A stretch of 64,000 nt of DNA from Phoronis australis (GCA_002633005.1 NMRA01000363.1:370935-434934), one strand, 5' to 3'. Numbered from the stretch's first letter, positions 23,668 to 37,800 are shown. Notes: generated by a model from the sequence alone, not told the origin. Translations and numbers: made by a program.

Positions 23668-24172
23668 TTAAGACATTCAGTTTCTGGTCAGACTGTAAAA
23701 TTGACGCACTGAAATATCTGCTTTCGCGGAGATGATTTTTATGTTCGTGTTATTGACGTTTTACAGGCAGAAGAGTATGTTTTCCCTTTGACTGAAACGG
23801 TCTGCGCGTTTCAAATCTGTTTCTGGCACAAATAAACATGGATGCGTTCCGTAGACGCCAGAATCTCGCGAACAAAGAAGATCACGCACGACAACGCAAA
23901 ATCACGACAGTGAAAAGCGAGTATTTCACAAGTAGGCTTCCTACCTTACCAGCTCCCCATAACAAAATGGCGGCAACTGAAGTGATTGGTTCGTGAAGCC
24001 GAGATGTTGAACTGTGATATCGAATTCACAGCAAGATTTCTCGCCGCAGTTGCCATACCAGTGTCTTGCGTTTGCGGAACGCATTCCACATTTGTCAGTT
24101 CTAATGATTTCAATACACGTCTAGCAATTGCTCATCACAAGTGTTTTTCGAAGCATCAAAAATACAAGCCAT

Positions 24173-24479
24173 CTATTGTGTCTGCAGTGTCGAATCTTTC
24201 GTGTTGCCTTCGTCATTAATGGTCTCCACCTCTGTTCCGTCTTCCGACTCGCTGCTGCTCTCTTCTGATCCCTCGTCTTGTTCTTTGTCTTTTCTTTCAA
24301 TTTCTTTTTTCTCACCTGTTTCCTCCACTTTTTCCACAGCTTCTATTTTTGCTATCTGTTCTACATTTTCTAATTGTTTGGGTTTTATTTCTGGTACTCG
24401 GTGTGTCAAGTATGTCTTTTCAGTGACTGCAAGTCGTTTCCTAAGTCGGCGTTGTAGCAGGATGTCACACCCATACAAC
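24173..24479 (-). CDS. EGF/sushi receptor: alternative terminal exon A (cytoplasmic tail, 101 aa, Glu/Lys-rich)
   Basis: Acceptor atccttgcag|G at 24479 (phase 2). Encodes (R)LYGCDILLQRRLRKR then an E/K-rich and acidic Ser segment, ending in a stop. Confidence 0.7.
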
Positions 24480-25548
24480 CTGCAAGGATGTATCGCTTGA
24501 GCAATAAGCCAGCTTGGAGGAGCCTAAGCACCCGGTGTCGTGCAATTCCAAAATATATTTCTAACCAATCATCACCTGATTGTCATACATGCAAAGTTTA
24601 ACCTGTCCTCATGCAATTTCATTTTGAAAATCTTGTGAATACATGCTCTAACTCAAAGTCTCTCGATTCATTGTGTGATAACAGGTTATGCATTAAAATG
24701 AATTTTATCATGCAGAATTTGAAGTTATCATTTGATGACTGAAATGATTTCTAAATGTGTGGGAAAACGCTAACCAGTTGTTTTTGCTTGGTTACAAACT
24801 TGACTGAAAACAAGATTAGCGAGTCAAGCTCACAAGTCGAAAATAAATGGTTCAGTAAATTGGAGTGCCACGTTTTCATTTCACCAGTGGGGAGGAGAAA
24901 ACCTTAGTTTTCAGACAAAATGCAGACGTTGATACTGCGTTTTATTATTTTCGCCATCAAAACATTCTCGTGCACAATTGAAATTAAGAAATATCCGGTC
25001 AGGTTAGTTGGGACTTTGAAAGCTGTTCTTGAATGTGGTGCCTAACCACAGTTCAAAGTAACATAGCATAAAGTAAACGTTTGACACATTGTTCTCGAAG
25101 TTACAAGCATTCTCTGGATATCAAAGCTTCAGATTTTTGTGCTGTTTTTGTAATTCATGGGTGTCTATTTCAATATCCTTGTTGATGGATTTCAATGAGC
25201 TGCTTCAACACTGTAACGCGCCACCAGGACAGCGCTACGTAATGTAATACGTTGGCCTTGCACTTGAAGCAAGAAATCTTGGCCTATAGACAAGAAATGG
25301 AACAGTGAATTATGTCCCATGACGTAAGAATCATATCCGGGCCATAATTCAGCATTACAACCTTAACGACTGATCACTTCAGTGGCTGCCATTTTTCTAG
25401 GTTACGACAGTAAGGTGCCGAGCCTACCTGCAAAACACTTTTCTTTCATCTGCATGATCTCGCTTTTCTCGCAAGAAACCTATTGTATGGAACACTACCC
25501 GTTTTGCACGTTGCTACATATGTGACTGGCGCTACCACCTTCACTTAC

Positions 25549-25687
25549 CTAATCGCTAGAATTGCGCCAATGATCAAGAGAGACAGCAACACGGGAATCA
25601 GATAGAGGAATTTCAAGTTGGTATGATCTTCACTCCCACTGCCAACAGTTTCCTTATACACTGACTTTTGCATCAGGTTGCCGATAC
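25549..25687 (-). CDS. EGF/sushi receptor: transmembrane exon TM1
   Basis: Acceptor ttttcccaattgacttccgcag|GT and donor ATT AG|gtaagt; 139 nt, phase 1 to phase 2. Encodes ..KFLYLIPVLLSLLIIGAILAI(R). Confidence 0.85.
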
Positions 25688-26881
25688 CTGCGGAAGTCAA
25701 TTGGGAAAATGGAAAGTCGTAAGCTGTTTTCATGTTTAATGGTCTCGTTAAACTCTCAATACTTCCAGAAATTTGATATTGACATGTAACTCTAAAGTTA
25801 TATTGTGCCTGGAAAACGCTATAAGGAGCCTTGAACGTCACTGCATCGATGGTCTTTTCCGGTCGAAGATGCAGATCGCGCAGGACAAATTAGCAGGAAA
25901 CGAATGTAATCTCTCGACGTATTTGACTAACCATTTATGCCTCTGTTGCTTAGAGGAACGTAGGTATTTGTTTACAATTTAAATGTTTTTGTTGAAAAGT
26001 AGCCAAGAAAACATGAACATTCATCCACCATTCTGCCTGATAGTTTCAGCTGCCAGAATAAGGATTTGCACAGGAAGTGCTATGCTACTTTGACATGGCG
26101 GCGACGCTCTGTCACCAAATTGCTCACCAACTAAAATTGAATCGCTGAGATGTAAGCTTTAGTAACCTCCTGACTGGAGAATAAAACCATTAACTTAGTT
26201 TGTAAAATATCTGTGAATTGCTCGAAGAATACGAGAAACTCCTTTTTACTTTGTTCTCCTCAATACTATGCTAATGCAATGTTGTGTTGACCAATATATT
26301 GAACCTGGGTTCAACGTAGATTTCCCCAGCATCCCGAGCTTGGCGAGTGTCAATTATGCAGATTTTTTTTGCAACGCGCCACAAAGCAAATCTTGAAAAG
26401 AGACAAGTGAACTCTTTCGTATTTTCTTTTGTTATACTGTGATTGGAATTGAGCTTCCAGGTCTTACGTTTGGCTTAAAACTCGCTTCATTTTTAAGGTT
26501 GTCTCACGGCCACATTTCTCCCGCGTAAGCATCGAGCAACATATCTTAAATCATTTGTTGATTTGATGTTATGTATTTAAAAGAGGGACTACCAACATGA
26601 AAAGAACACAGCACAGTAAAAAAACAAAATAAACGCTAATTTATTCTGCCTGTTTTGTGCACGTACTGCTGTACACAGCGCCACCATCCGCGTCCCCATG
26701 CCTCACGATGGCGCTAATCAATTTAGCCATTTGGGATTGGTGAGAAGATATGTGACTATGAAACTGTTAAATTTGCCGTCTCGTCGAGGTTTCGAGCTAA
26801 TAAAATTGCAATTTTGCGTTCACACTTATTTGTCTACGGCCACATTAGAAACGGCAGGTGTAGGACATTTGAATCACAAAC

Positions 26882-27055
26882 CATCACAAGTGGGCAATAC
26901 TCCTGTCCAGCTGGCGTTTTCATCACAGGACAGTCGCCGTTGGCCATTTAACATGTAGCCAAAAGTACAGTAGAAGTCCACGTGCGAGCCGTAGGTGAAG
27001 GTGTCACCGTAACGTACTCCCGAGCTCGGTATCCCTGGATCCGGACAAGAAACGA
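26882..27055 (-). CDS. EGF/sushi receptor: sushi/CCP exon 4
   Basis: VSCPDPGIPSSGVRYGDTFTYGSHVDFYCTFGYMLNGQRRLSCDENASWTGVLPTCD; cag/gt boundaries, phase 1-1, 174 nt. Missed by the ORF track. Confidence 0.92.
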
Positions 27056-27660
27056 CTGAAAAACAAATTGAAGAGTGACACCTTTCTTATACAATCGTGT
27101 TGCAGTGTATGTCCTTCTACTTTGCCCCGTGTAAGGGGGTACTTGACACGGAAATACGGACCAGTTTAGCCTTCGATTCTACTATCCAACAAAATCGGGA
27201 GTTTCCGTACCCAGTTGCATGAAACACTCGCACACAGGCACTCTGAAATGTTATAGCACATTTGACTTTGTGAAAACATTTATTGTCCTTTCCTTAGCCG
27301 TTTTGTTTTCATTACTAAAACAATCTGTGGCTTTGATACACACTGAGAGTGAACTCTTGTTGAATTCTCAATGTTATTTCTGGAAAATCAATTGGGGGGT
27401 TTTGATACAACGCAATTAATTAAGTGACTAGGCCTAAGGCCGCATTTATTTTCATTGAAATTAAGGACCATTATTAGACATGGCATTGAATCGAAGAGGA
27501 GCTAGTAATATAGACAAAATGAAAAAAGTTGATACTAAACAAAAAGATGCTTACTCACAGAAGATTTAGGGATCTCAGTTAAGTCACCATTTGGAACTGT
27601 TGCATGAAACTGGGCTACAAAAGGTACAACCGTGACGCGTTATGGTGGTTCACTACTCAC

Positions 27661-27852
27661 GTTGACAAACGGGCAGTTGCTCTATGATCCAGGTGCCGTT
27701 TTTGCCGCACGTGATTGTGAACGGACTTCCACTTAGGTTGTATCCCTTCATACATGACACTTGTCGAACTGCACCAATGTACGAGTGACCAGGTAAAACC
27801 TTAAGTTTGGTAATGGAAGGTAATATCACATCTGTCGGCATGCATCCGTACA
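27661..27852 (-). CDS. EGF/sushi receptor: sushi/CCP exon 3
   Basis: YGCMP...VSCMKGYNLSG...ITCGKNGTW...LPVCQ; phase 1-1, 192 nt, donor gtgagt. Confidence 0.88.
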
Positions 27853-29602
27853 CTGGAAGTACAGCGTAACTAAAATTGTTATATCAGTTTATAATTTAAT
27901 GTTAGAAATAAGTTTTCAAACGTTGAATCCATACGCGGTGGACGTTGTCCACCCTCCGGCCCTGTGAAAGCATGGAGACCGCCACACAGAAATCCGTATG
28001 TGTTCATCAGTGCGCCTTCTGTGACATGTGCCGTCGCTCAGGTCACATATTTTCGTCCCTTAAGAGAGGCGACATATAGGCTATCGAGTGTGGCAACATA
28101 TGCCTTGAATCCGGACGCCAATATGTGTCGAGGTTGAAATTCGTGAATGTGTCGACGTTCGTTGCATATGCAATTCAGTCTTGCACCGCGGGACATAGTG
28201 TCTCCTTCAGGGGGCGACAAATTCCGTGGAGTGCGACAACATATGCAGTCCCATTGTGATAATAAATATTTTCGGTCCCTAAAATCATCTAACTTTAGAG
28301 AAATTGACTGTGTACATGTACATATAGGCCTACGCAATGCTACGTGTATTCCTGGCTGCAGGCATCAGTGGACAAATCTTAACTTCAACTAGAGATCTCC
28401 CGATAAATGATGGGTATTTTAGCACGGTCGGAAAGAAAATCCATAGGCTCCTATTTCAAGTGGGTGGATTGCCAAAAGTTGGAGGAAGTAAACCACGTAA
28501 TAAATATTCCACGTTAATGTCAACATTCCCCCAGGCGTGTTCAGTGATTAGGACTAATAATCCACCGCTTCACCATTCATCCACTCAACTCCCTACAACC
28601 TCGTTTTGATTTCTCTTGCACTTTTCTGGAGCTTCCTCTGAGACTGGCTCCGCCGCTGTGTCAAAAACCCTACCGTCGTGGTGACACATTAAGTAACTAA
28701 TTTGACTGCATTCATTATCGCAGACGATTCATGCTGTCAAATGCAACAACATGTCACAACAGCGCCTGTCTCATTTTGGATGCATGCCTTAACTATACCA
28801 GGCCCCCCGAATGAGCTGGAAAAGTATAGTGGGCAGTTTTGCTATTTTGTTTGACGCCTTGTCATCTTGAATATATTACAAAACAGACGTTTATGTGTAA
28901 TATATCAAACAAGACTGTTTTAGTCACCGCACCAGTCGCAAGCAATAAATTAAAAATACATACGTGTAAAAAACTTGCGTTTGATTTCAGCTCCAAACAG
29001 CGTTTTCTAAATCGAGGCTAAATCCAGATATCAGTCTATTCCATTGTTACACACGTGTGTGCTCTATCGCGGTTAAAAGAGTTACTAAAACCACTCACTT
29101 TCCGGTGCCAGAGACTCAAAGACCCAACGTCTCCGTTTGGTTACTTTTTGTGTTTCTTCTGGTAAAAATGGTCCCAACTAAACGTTTCACAGTTCAAAAC
29201 ATTAAAAGTTTTAGTACAAGATATATCTACAATTTACTGCCGTGGAGCCATCAATAAGGTGATAATTGATTCATTTTATACAACACAACATTTTATCAAA
29301 TTTTCCGATAAACAGGCCTTTTGAGGACAACGGGACTTGTACAAACTTATTGGCAAAGTAGAAACTGGGTTTCAATTGTTTTTCAACAGATTGGGGAATA
29401 CAGTGTAGGTTTGATGTACTTCTCGATGAAAATGACAGGATGTTATGTTTTCAGACAATGACAAACTTCGAATGTTACTTTCTTTTGTTCATCATTTAGA
29501 AACCATTTCCACAATCATTTCACAGTACCACCCCCATACGCTGGGGAAGAGTGTAAACGGGTCTGAGGTACACATGTAGACTTGAACGATAATTGTACAC
29601 AC

Positions 29603-29800
29603 CCTTGCAAAATGGTATCAATGACGTGTCAAACTTTTCCCAGCTACCATCCAGGTCACAAGTTACCGCAGGGTGATTTTCACATGATAGGACATATCCA
29701 CTCTTGCACGAAAACCGTAACCCGTCCACGTAGGCCACATTAACATCGTCGACTATGACCCCCTCCGGCAAAGGGAGATTAAATGTTTTGCACTGAATTT
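29603..29800 (-). CDS. EGF/sushi receptor: sushi/CCP exon 2
   Basis: IQCK...FSCKSGYVL...VTCDLDGSW...PFCK; phase 1-1, 198 nt. Confidence 0.88.
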
Positions 29801-30447
29801 CTGCAACAAGAATGCAAAGCATCAGTTTAAAACTTAATAAATGTCGAAGAGCAAAAAGCACGAAAAATATAAAAATGTGTCCCGTGCACTAATTGCACTT
29901 AAACTACATTGTTGTTAACACTCTTACACCACGAGCTTAAAACCGATCAAAACAGCATGGCGTGTAAAAAAATATTCTAAAAACATCCCTTACTTTCCAG
30001 CCTGGTTTTTGAACTTCACAAAAATCTACAACTGTCAAACATGGTTTAGGGATGTTTATAATCAATTATAAAATCAATTACATTTATTGTTTTTAATGAC
30101 AGACTTGACGTCCAATGCTTAATTCAGGTTTCCTGTTTTGTGTGATTTTCTAAACCTCAAGAATGTATACTAGGAACTATTATTTATTATGCAACTTTCA
30201 CTCTGTGTGTGTTCAGTCTTTCTTTGTAACCCATCCTCTCTTCCTCTCTTAACCACAATGTATATGTATTTGGGCATGAATCATTTCTTCGAACTTAACA
30301 GATGTATGTATCGTGTAGAACTCAGTTTGATTAAATATATCGAAGCATTAAGACGCTCTCTATCAGCTCTCTGCTCAGCACATCCAGCCACCTCATCTAG
30401 TTAACCCGCTAATACCCCACATTTTGGATCCCACAACAACTGTAAAC

Positions 30448-30767
30448 CAGTGGCGGATCTAGGATATCATAAGGGAAGCCCACTTTGTCTCTGACAACTG
30501 CACAAAGCACGAAGGAATGCTCAACCAGCCTGAAAGATAGGGTGCTCGAATTTACTAAAAACCAATCGGGGACTAAGAAAGAAAAAAAGGAAAACGATTG
30601 CCCACGTCGGCTGAGTCGGGCACCTATAAGAATGTCTGAGCCCCCTCACCCTCGGCCGCATGTTAATTACCGGGGTTAATTAGTAAACTCAATATTTCCT
30701 CACGCTCTTGCTCTTTATTTTTTATTGCAGCCAAGGGGGACGGTGGGCCCCCCTAAATCCGCCTATG
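30448..30767. mobile_element. MITE with GTAAAC flanking duplication
   Basis: Ends cagtggcggatctagg / cctaaatccgcctatg; gtaaac at 30442-30447 and 30768-30773. Confidence 0.6.
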
Positions 30768-30826
30768 GTAAACTACGAATAGGAAACATGTATACTAGCC
30801 GACAATCAACAAAATGAGTCAATTAC

Positions 30827-31027
30827 TTGTGCACTCAGGGAACAAACTGTAATTCACAGATCTCCATGTACCGCCCGTGTCACATGTTATGTGCGGCATT
30901 CTCCACCCAGGTTGGGTCCTGTAACCCTCCTTGCACGTTACACTCAAACCTCTTAAGTACGTTACCTCTCGGCTGATCAATAAAACATTTTGGGCTAAAG
31001 GTCCGTCGAATGGCTGACAACTGATCT
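30827..31027 (-). CDS. EGF/sushi receptor: sushi/CCP exon 1
   Basis: ISCQP...VTCKEGY...ITCDTGGTW...FPECT; phase 1-1, 201 nt. Confidence 0.88.
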
Positions 31028-32023
31028 CTGGAAACGAAAACAAAAGCAAAGTAAAACGTTGCATTACAACCACGACTGTAACGCTAGCTGCGTGCTTTTA
31101 AGGGTGCATTAAAGTAAGACTAATGTGGCGTGTATGATACCAAAATCCAAACATGAGCTGGTGTTGGGGGTATCTCAGTTCCCAGGCGTACACCTCTCTC
31201 TCTCATGATTCACAAAAGCATGTTATTCAATTTTGACAATAATCAACAGACAAGTAAAAGAAAAATGTGTAACAGGAGGTGCTAAATTATTTGAATTCGT
31301 CCGATAGCCGCAAATACCCATCAAACATGTTGGTCTTTGTGTCAATTTTGGTCAGTTATTAACAATAATTCACGGACAAAGAAAATCCTGCCGAAGTCTC
31401 TTCTGCAGTCAAATTTGTTCCCAAACTGTCTGATGAAGGCGCAAACCCGTTGTACATCTCTGTGTGTCCAAATTGACAAGCGGAATAAACGGACAGGCAA
31501 TGTTTTTTGAAAACATAAACAACAGGGGCACCACGGTAATCCAATCCGTCCGAAAATCAATTGGTACTCCAAAACTAAAGCGGAATGTGCTGACATAGTG
31601 AAATTGATTGGTGCTGGCGCATACCCACCACATACATGTACATCTCCGTCCAGCTTGGCACATTTTGTCAAGTCGGACATTCCTGTCCCTGTACTGAATT
31701 TCACGGATACCTTGGAGACGGACGCCGGAAGTACGTAACAACAGACGACCCACGGGATGCAGACTACATGCTAGCACCTTTGTGTGGGTGCATGAAATCA
31801 CCGCAAAGAAACCCTGTGTCATAAACGCTTAGAGCGACCTGGAAAACCTCTGGTTCAAAATGAAAAATATACCAGGAATGAAAATATCAAGTTATGAATA
31901 TGCGGTTAGGCTGCTTAAATATAGTTAGCGTTTCCTTAGACTGTTTAGTCTCTAGTGCCTATGTTTCATGATAAAATAAAACGACCAAGTCAAATTCCGC
32001 GGCTATGCAAAAATTTACAATAC

Positions 32024-32143
32024 CAGAACAAGTGACTCCATCCCCGGTGTATCCGAAGAAGCACGTGCAACGAAACGAACCCCGAGTATTGAAGCAATGA
32101 GCTTTATGGTAACAGGAATGAGCGTTTGTGCACTCATCGATAT
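32024..32143 (-). CDS. EGF/sushi receptor: calcium-binding EGF exon
   Basis: DIDECTNAHSCYHKAHCFNTRGSFRCTCFFGYTGDGVTCS; phase 1-1, 120 nt. Confidence 0.93.
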
Positions 32144-32577
32144 CTACAAAAACAAGAAGAACGAATACAACTTTATTGAAACGTGTCAACACTTCTTGAA
32201 CTTTCTTCTGTGCTGTTTAACGGAGCCCCTAGTGCGCGACCGGTTTTCCCATAGGCAAGTACTTTGGTAACTACATAATCCCGTATTCTTCGTCCAATTC
32301 GATGAAACAGATGCCATGTGAAAGTTTAAAAACGAAGAGGAGGGGGGGGNGGAGGGGGAGGGAGGCAAGACGATTAAATGCTAAAGAATGATAACATGGG
32401 CCACTGGTTGGTCACCCACTTTCGTGGAACTCTTATAGTTTTCTTGCCAATCTTAAGACAAGTCCATGAATGTCTTAGTTGACTTCTAGGAAAACGGCGA
32501 TGGGATTCACTACTATTAGAGAATTTCAGAATTCAGAGTTTAGAGTAAACAATAATGCAACATAGCTTGGACATAAC

Positions 32578-32700
32578 CTGTACACTGTTTCCCGTCACCG
32601 GTGAACCCTCTCAGGCAAGCGCAAGAGAACGAGCCTTCATTATTGGAGCACTGACCGTTCGGATGACACAATGAAATTCCAGCTAAGCACTCGTCGATAT
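32578..32700 (-). CDS. EGF/sushi receptor: calcium-binding EGF exon
   Basis: DIDECLAGISLCHPNGQCSNNEGSFSCACLRGFTGDGKQCT; phase 1-1, 123 nt. Confidence 0.93.
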
Positions 32701-34015
32701 CTGAATTAAATATAAACGTGCGACTCACATAAACATAAAGGAGAGATAGTTTCTTTTGCAACGGTGTCGGGGAAAACAATTCTTATCGAATGCTGCATTT
32801 TCCAGTCAAGTTTAGTGACAACGCTTTTGACCCTCCCACCATCACATTACTCCTTTTTTACAGTGCAATTGAAGACTGAATCTTGAAAACTATTGCTATT
32901 AAAGTGGTTACAGACAAGTTTTCTTCAAGAAATTGTAGCCACAAACGTGTTTCCAGTCAAAAGTAGTAACCAACAGTCAGAACTTTGAAAGTGCTGTAAA
33001 AAGAACCAGACAATGATAGAGCTCACCTTCAGTGGGATTGTGATTTGTATTCGAGATTTAAGTGAATTTCTAGTCAAAATTTTAATCTAACAGTCTATTT
33101 TGCAAAAATGAGCCAGAATAATAATCATCTTCACTAGGGTTATGTTGTGACGAAAACGTCCTGGTCTGCTACGAGACACTGACATTTTTGGTAAATTATG
33201 TGAGTGAGACACATATAATTTACTCATTTGTTTATTAAGATATCACATGTACTGCCAAAGACTCAGATATATTACTACTTCAATTGAACTTCTTTGAAAG
33301 GAAGTGTTACAAAAGTTTCAAAGTGGAAAATGTATTTCCAGAAACTGTGAATACAACAAACTGATCGACTAGAGGATGGTCCATTTTGTCTCTGTTTTTT
33401 GAATAGTAGTTAGTCTTAAATTGGTACCTGGTCTCGATAGGCGCTTTCGTGAGTGCGTGTGCGTGTATGTAAGGAAATGTCAAATAGTCACGCATTGCTT
33501 CATGATTAGTCGTTTGAACACATTAGAATGGAACCAAAAAGCTGAAAATAAATTTGAAGCTACATCTTGTAAACCTTAGGCATACTTCGAGTTCCATTAC
33601 ATGTTCAAGATAAGGGATGCATTGAAATGTTAAAAGAGCATATAACAATTAAATCTTTTTGTGCGAATTGCCAAGGGCCCAAATACAAAGTTACAAAGAG
33701 TCAATTGGTGTTGCGCCTCGTCAACGCCAAATGTGTACAGTTCACTGTAGATTCATCAATGAGTGTAGAATAGGGTGATCCCAAACACAGCAACCAAGGA
33801 AAAAGACCTAATATCTGGATAAGCTACGCATTAAAAACTCAGATAATTCATATTCTCTTACTCTTAAATCATATAAAAGTCCTTTACTGTACTGTATGCG
33901 CAGGTACCGTCCGTACCCTACAAGGAGGTTGCAATTTCGTTACCGGAAGACTAGTCGCCTTACTAAATGCAACGACGAGGTAAACTGTTACATATAAAAT
34001 AATTCCGTTTGCACT

Positions 34016-34848
34016 AGGACGGAAGTGATTACGTCGCACCTCCAGCAACTACTCCAATGTAGCGGTGGCCTATTCTCTTGAAGTAACGAATTTGTTCAAA
34101 CCGAAAAAATTGAACAAAACTAATTTTTTTAAATCTGAAGCTCATACCACAGCTCCTTTGAACCATATAAATCAGAAAATTAAAAATGTGTGTCCTAAAA
34201 CGGCGTTTTACTGGTGATACGGTCAGGTGACTGTTGCTGGCTGTATAAGTGTTGCTGATTAACGCTGGGAGCGCTGTTTTTAGCGCGTCTTTTTAGATCG
34301 TCTGACTGCATTTCAGCATTTTGCCCGCATCTTTCAGTGACACGGACTAACGAGCCGTGCTATTACCGAGATGTGCTATGCAAGTTGTACGTACGTTGTT
34401 GTTAACTTTGTAGTTTTGACAGTTGTTGTGCTTTATTTGCCAGTCTTTGGTGAGAGTGCAATACACTCCTTTGGCAATTTTCGTGACGTTGAGAGTTGTA
34501 TTTTGTTATGTCAAGTAATTTAGTTGATACTGTGTTTCATATGCGTTACTGTGGGCTTACACTGTGTTGTTTCCTTTTGTAGGTGCTGAGTTCACAGTTT
34601 TGTATTACATTCGTTCGACTATTTGCAGATGTGTTCACGGACCGCAACTGGGCCGTGGGACAATTAACTCATCGCTCATCACAATCGCTCGAGTTATTAT
34701 TTTGTGTTATCTCCGTAACAACGGGATTTTCTAGTTACAACATTTGATTTAATTTTATTTCCGGTTCACACGCGAACAGGCTAGAACCAAGATGGCGAAA
34801 TCTCATTGACTACTGCCCCAGTTAGGTGACGTCACACTTTCCGTCCCT
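34016..34848. mobile_element. Possible non-autonomous TIR element
   Basis: Imperfect inverted ends aggacggaagtgattacgtcgcacct / aggtgacgtcacactttccgtccct. Confidence 0.35.
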
Positions 34849-37800
34849 GTTATTTGTAAAATCTCAGCGACAACCTCGACTCTGTTCACAAGTAACACCT
34901 TGGATGTTCAAGTAAACGTTACCGATCCAACTCGCGACCACAGCACACTGCGACCAGTAGCGACCAGGTGGCATATTTAACATCTTCAGTCAAAATATTT
35001 GTAATAGAGCGGGCACAGTCACTAAAACGATGCTTTTGAACAAGCACTAGCAAGACCCAGTGCTGCCTTGTACAATGAGGCTATTCGGAGAATTCTCCTC
35101 GCGGTGTCGCTGCTGTACTAGTGGTGATTGAAATGCGCATGCGTCGCTGTCTGCATGTAAACAGCTGGTAAAAAGACGGATTGTTATCAAAATACGTCGT
35201 CGCGCAAAGCCTTATTATTGCTATTTTCTCTGGTGCAAGTCTTCGACAGGTGGTCACAAATTACCAAAGGACCTAAGGTTACTACATTCGTGGAGCCTTG
35301 CGGTCAAAAGGGTCAACCAACTGACAAAAGTGTGTGGATGCCGAAGCCCCATTGGGAGACTACATAACGTAACTTGGTAAGTTTTTAGCAACCAAGTTTC
35401 TATCGACATCGTTCGGTGATGCTATGCCCACCAGTTAACCCTCTGAATAACCGGTTTATTGAATGGAACTAAGTGTTACTTTTCAGAAACTCACCCAGGA
35501 CTCGGATGCCGGGTAGGCTAGCAGCACATATTCACATATTGTCCTTCAGGGGTGGGAATGCGCCCAATAAAAGAGGTGTATGGTACGTGACGCTCAGAAG
35601 TCAAGGATGACTTTCACAGCAGGTTCTCTTCAAAGATATGCTATGTCCAATAAAATTCTCTAGACGAGTGAGTTTCCTTATTTTATGGCGGACTCCACCC
35701 CCAGGACTACCAGATTAGTTACTGAATTAACCGATGAATAAGCTATTCAGTAAACGTCATAACATTGCATTAGAATAAAAACTAACACCTAGAATTAATT
35801 TTACTTGTTGAGGTCAGATGCACATTTTAGGTGTCGTGAAAAATACACATTATTAAGTCACTTTTAGCCTGTTTCACACAGTTTAATTCAGATCTTAAAT
35901 AAGACTTGGGTACAAAGATTATTAGTTTCTACATATAAACGTGAAGATGAAACGTCAAGTATGTTCTACCTTCCTAAAGTAGTTTTGTCTTGTGTTTTCT
36001 TTTATAATTTATTAGTATTTCTCCCGCTATTCTGTTACAGGTGAGAGAAAACGACTGAAACCAGCCGCCTGACCGTCTATTTTACCTTTGGACAAAGTGA
36101 AACGCAACAGCATTGACCTGAGAGAATCAGCCCTTGATATGCCTGATTTTGGATTCCATTTCCAGGGAAATTACAATTGTTTTAACAATTTTGTTTCTTT
36201 ATATACTTTTCTTGCATGTGGAACTTTTGTTGTGGACAAGTTAACAAAAAACTTAAAATTGTTCAAAGGCCTTCTTAAATAATTACACACACAAATAAAT
36301 CAAATGCAAACAAAGGTAATACTTCATTTTGATCACTGCACATTTCTAGAGGTCAACACTGAGGAAAACGACAATTCGGAAGCGTAATCGCTAATCATTT
36401 CAGCTTTATAAAGAATAAGCGCAAATGCACTGTGTGGGGCTTTAAAACTGAGGAAATATTGTGGTTTCAATAATTAGTGATAATCTTGCCTGTTAATGAA
36501 AATTTTATTCATCATCAAAGTGTAATATTAACGGGCTTTCTACTGACAATAAGACAATCGATGCAGTCACTGAACGTCATTTACCCATATTGTGTACCAA
36601 ATTGAAAAGTTTTTAACATTAGCATAGAGCCTTTCTTCTGAAAGGAAAAGTTAATGTCACTCAGTGAGAAAGGACAGGTATTTATACCAGATGCTTTTGG
36701 TTTTCATTTCACAGAGATCTAGTTTCCATAGCCTATAGAAGCGCTTGTAAAAAGGTCCAGTTTCGGCATATGGCTTTCCTCCAAGTAACCTCATTCAGCC
36801 CCAATTAGATCCTTGAAGGTAAACACAACAGCATATTACTTGACTCGTTTTGTGCCCAAAATCTGACCTTGATCTAGACCAGAGTGTCACTACGTCTTCT
36901 TTAGCTTCAATCCAGCATGTTTCTTCCAGGAAAGGAAATGAGCTATCGTCCACACATGACTTATTGCCTCTGAAAGGCCATCCTCACCAACGAGGCTGAC
37001 TTGTGTAACAGTCAGATATAGTTCCTGTTCATACACAAACGACACTGGCTTATGGTAATTTCGTACTACGATTCATATTTCACTAGCGCCACTGACATGT
37101 ACATTGTGCCATGCAGCACTAATGGTGTGTGAAAATGCTGTGGGCCGGAGTAACAAAGCTTGTTCGTTGTCTCCGATGAAGAAAGTAGGCTTTAACAACA
37201 GATCTACAATGTATGGGAAGAACTTGCTAGTTAGCTGCAGTCAAATGCATATCTCCTCTACACGGTACAAGCCCTCAAACCTAAAAACCAAATGTCAAGT
37301 GAAAACAGACATGATAGATTTTCATTTCAACGTGTAATAAATTTCCAGAAGACATAGGATAGGGAGTAAACAAATAGTCTAATGTATATTTACGTACTCT
37401 TTGCCATGGCATTGGGCTTGGATTGTAATCTCACTAACCAATATCGAGTTAAACATTCAGCATTCATTGATGTAACTGTCACTGATAAACCTGTTATAAA
37501 TCATTCCAAAAAATAATACTGCTTTGATGTACGAAAACATCCCGAGTGCTACGTCAAGTACCGTAAGACGCATCACAACAAACAAAGATTAACCCGACTG
37601 GCGACTGCCGTGAAGTCGACATCGGCGAGTATCTCAGTTAACAGGCATCAGTAGAATAAACATGGAAAAATTGTTAAAATAATCACAAGCCTTACCTTTG
37701 TATGAGGTCGTGCTTACTTTCTCTCATAGAAGCAACCTTGTCTTGCAATCTCAGATTCAGGTGGCACGCCTACAAGCCATTTCACCATGTATTTAAAGGG

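Noticed and set aside
23948-24100. Phase-compatible candidate exon upstream of tail B (strong gtaagg donor)
   Set aside because: It encodes no hydrophobic helix and has a poor acceptor; probably tail A 3' UTR.
25688-25841. Longer version of the TM1 exon suggested by the ORF track
   Set aside because: The acceptor at 25687 has a much better pyrimidine tract. The in-phase upstream cag at 25841 is weak, though not excluded.
31342-31822. Possible CUB-like exon between the EGF and sushi exons
   Set aside because: No CUB consensus and no in-phase splice sites; the sequence resembles the interspersed repeat at 50930-52096.
36690-37680. Possible transposase remnants
   Set aside because: Only vague similarity, with no diagnostic motif I can defend.
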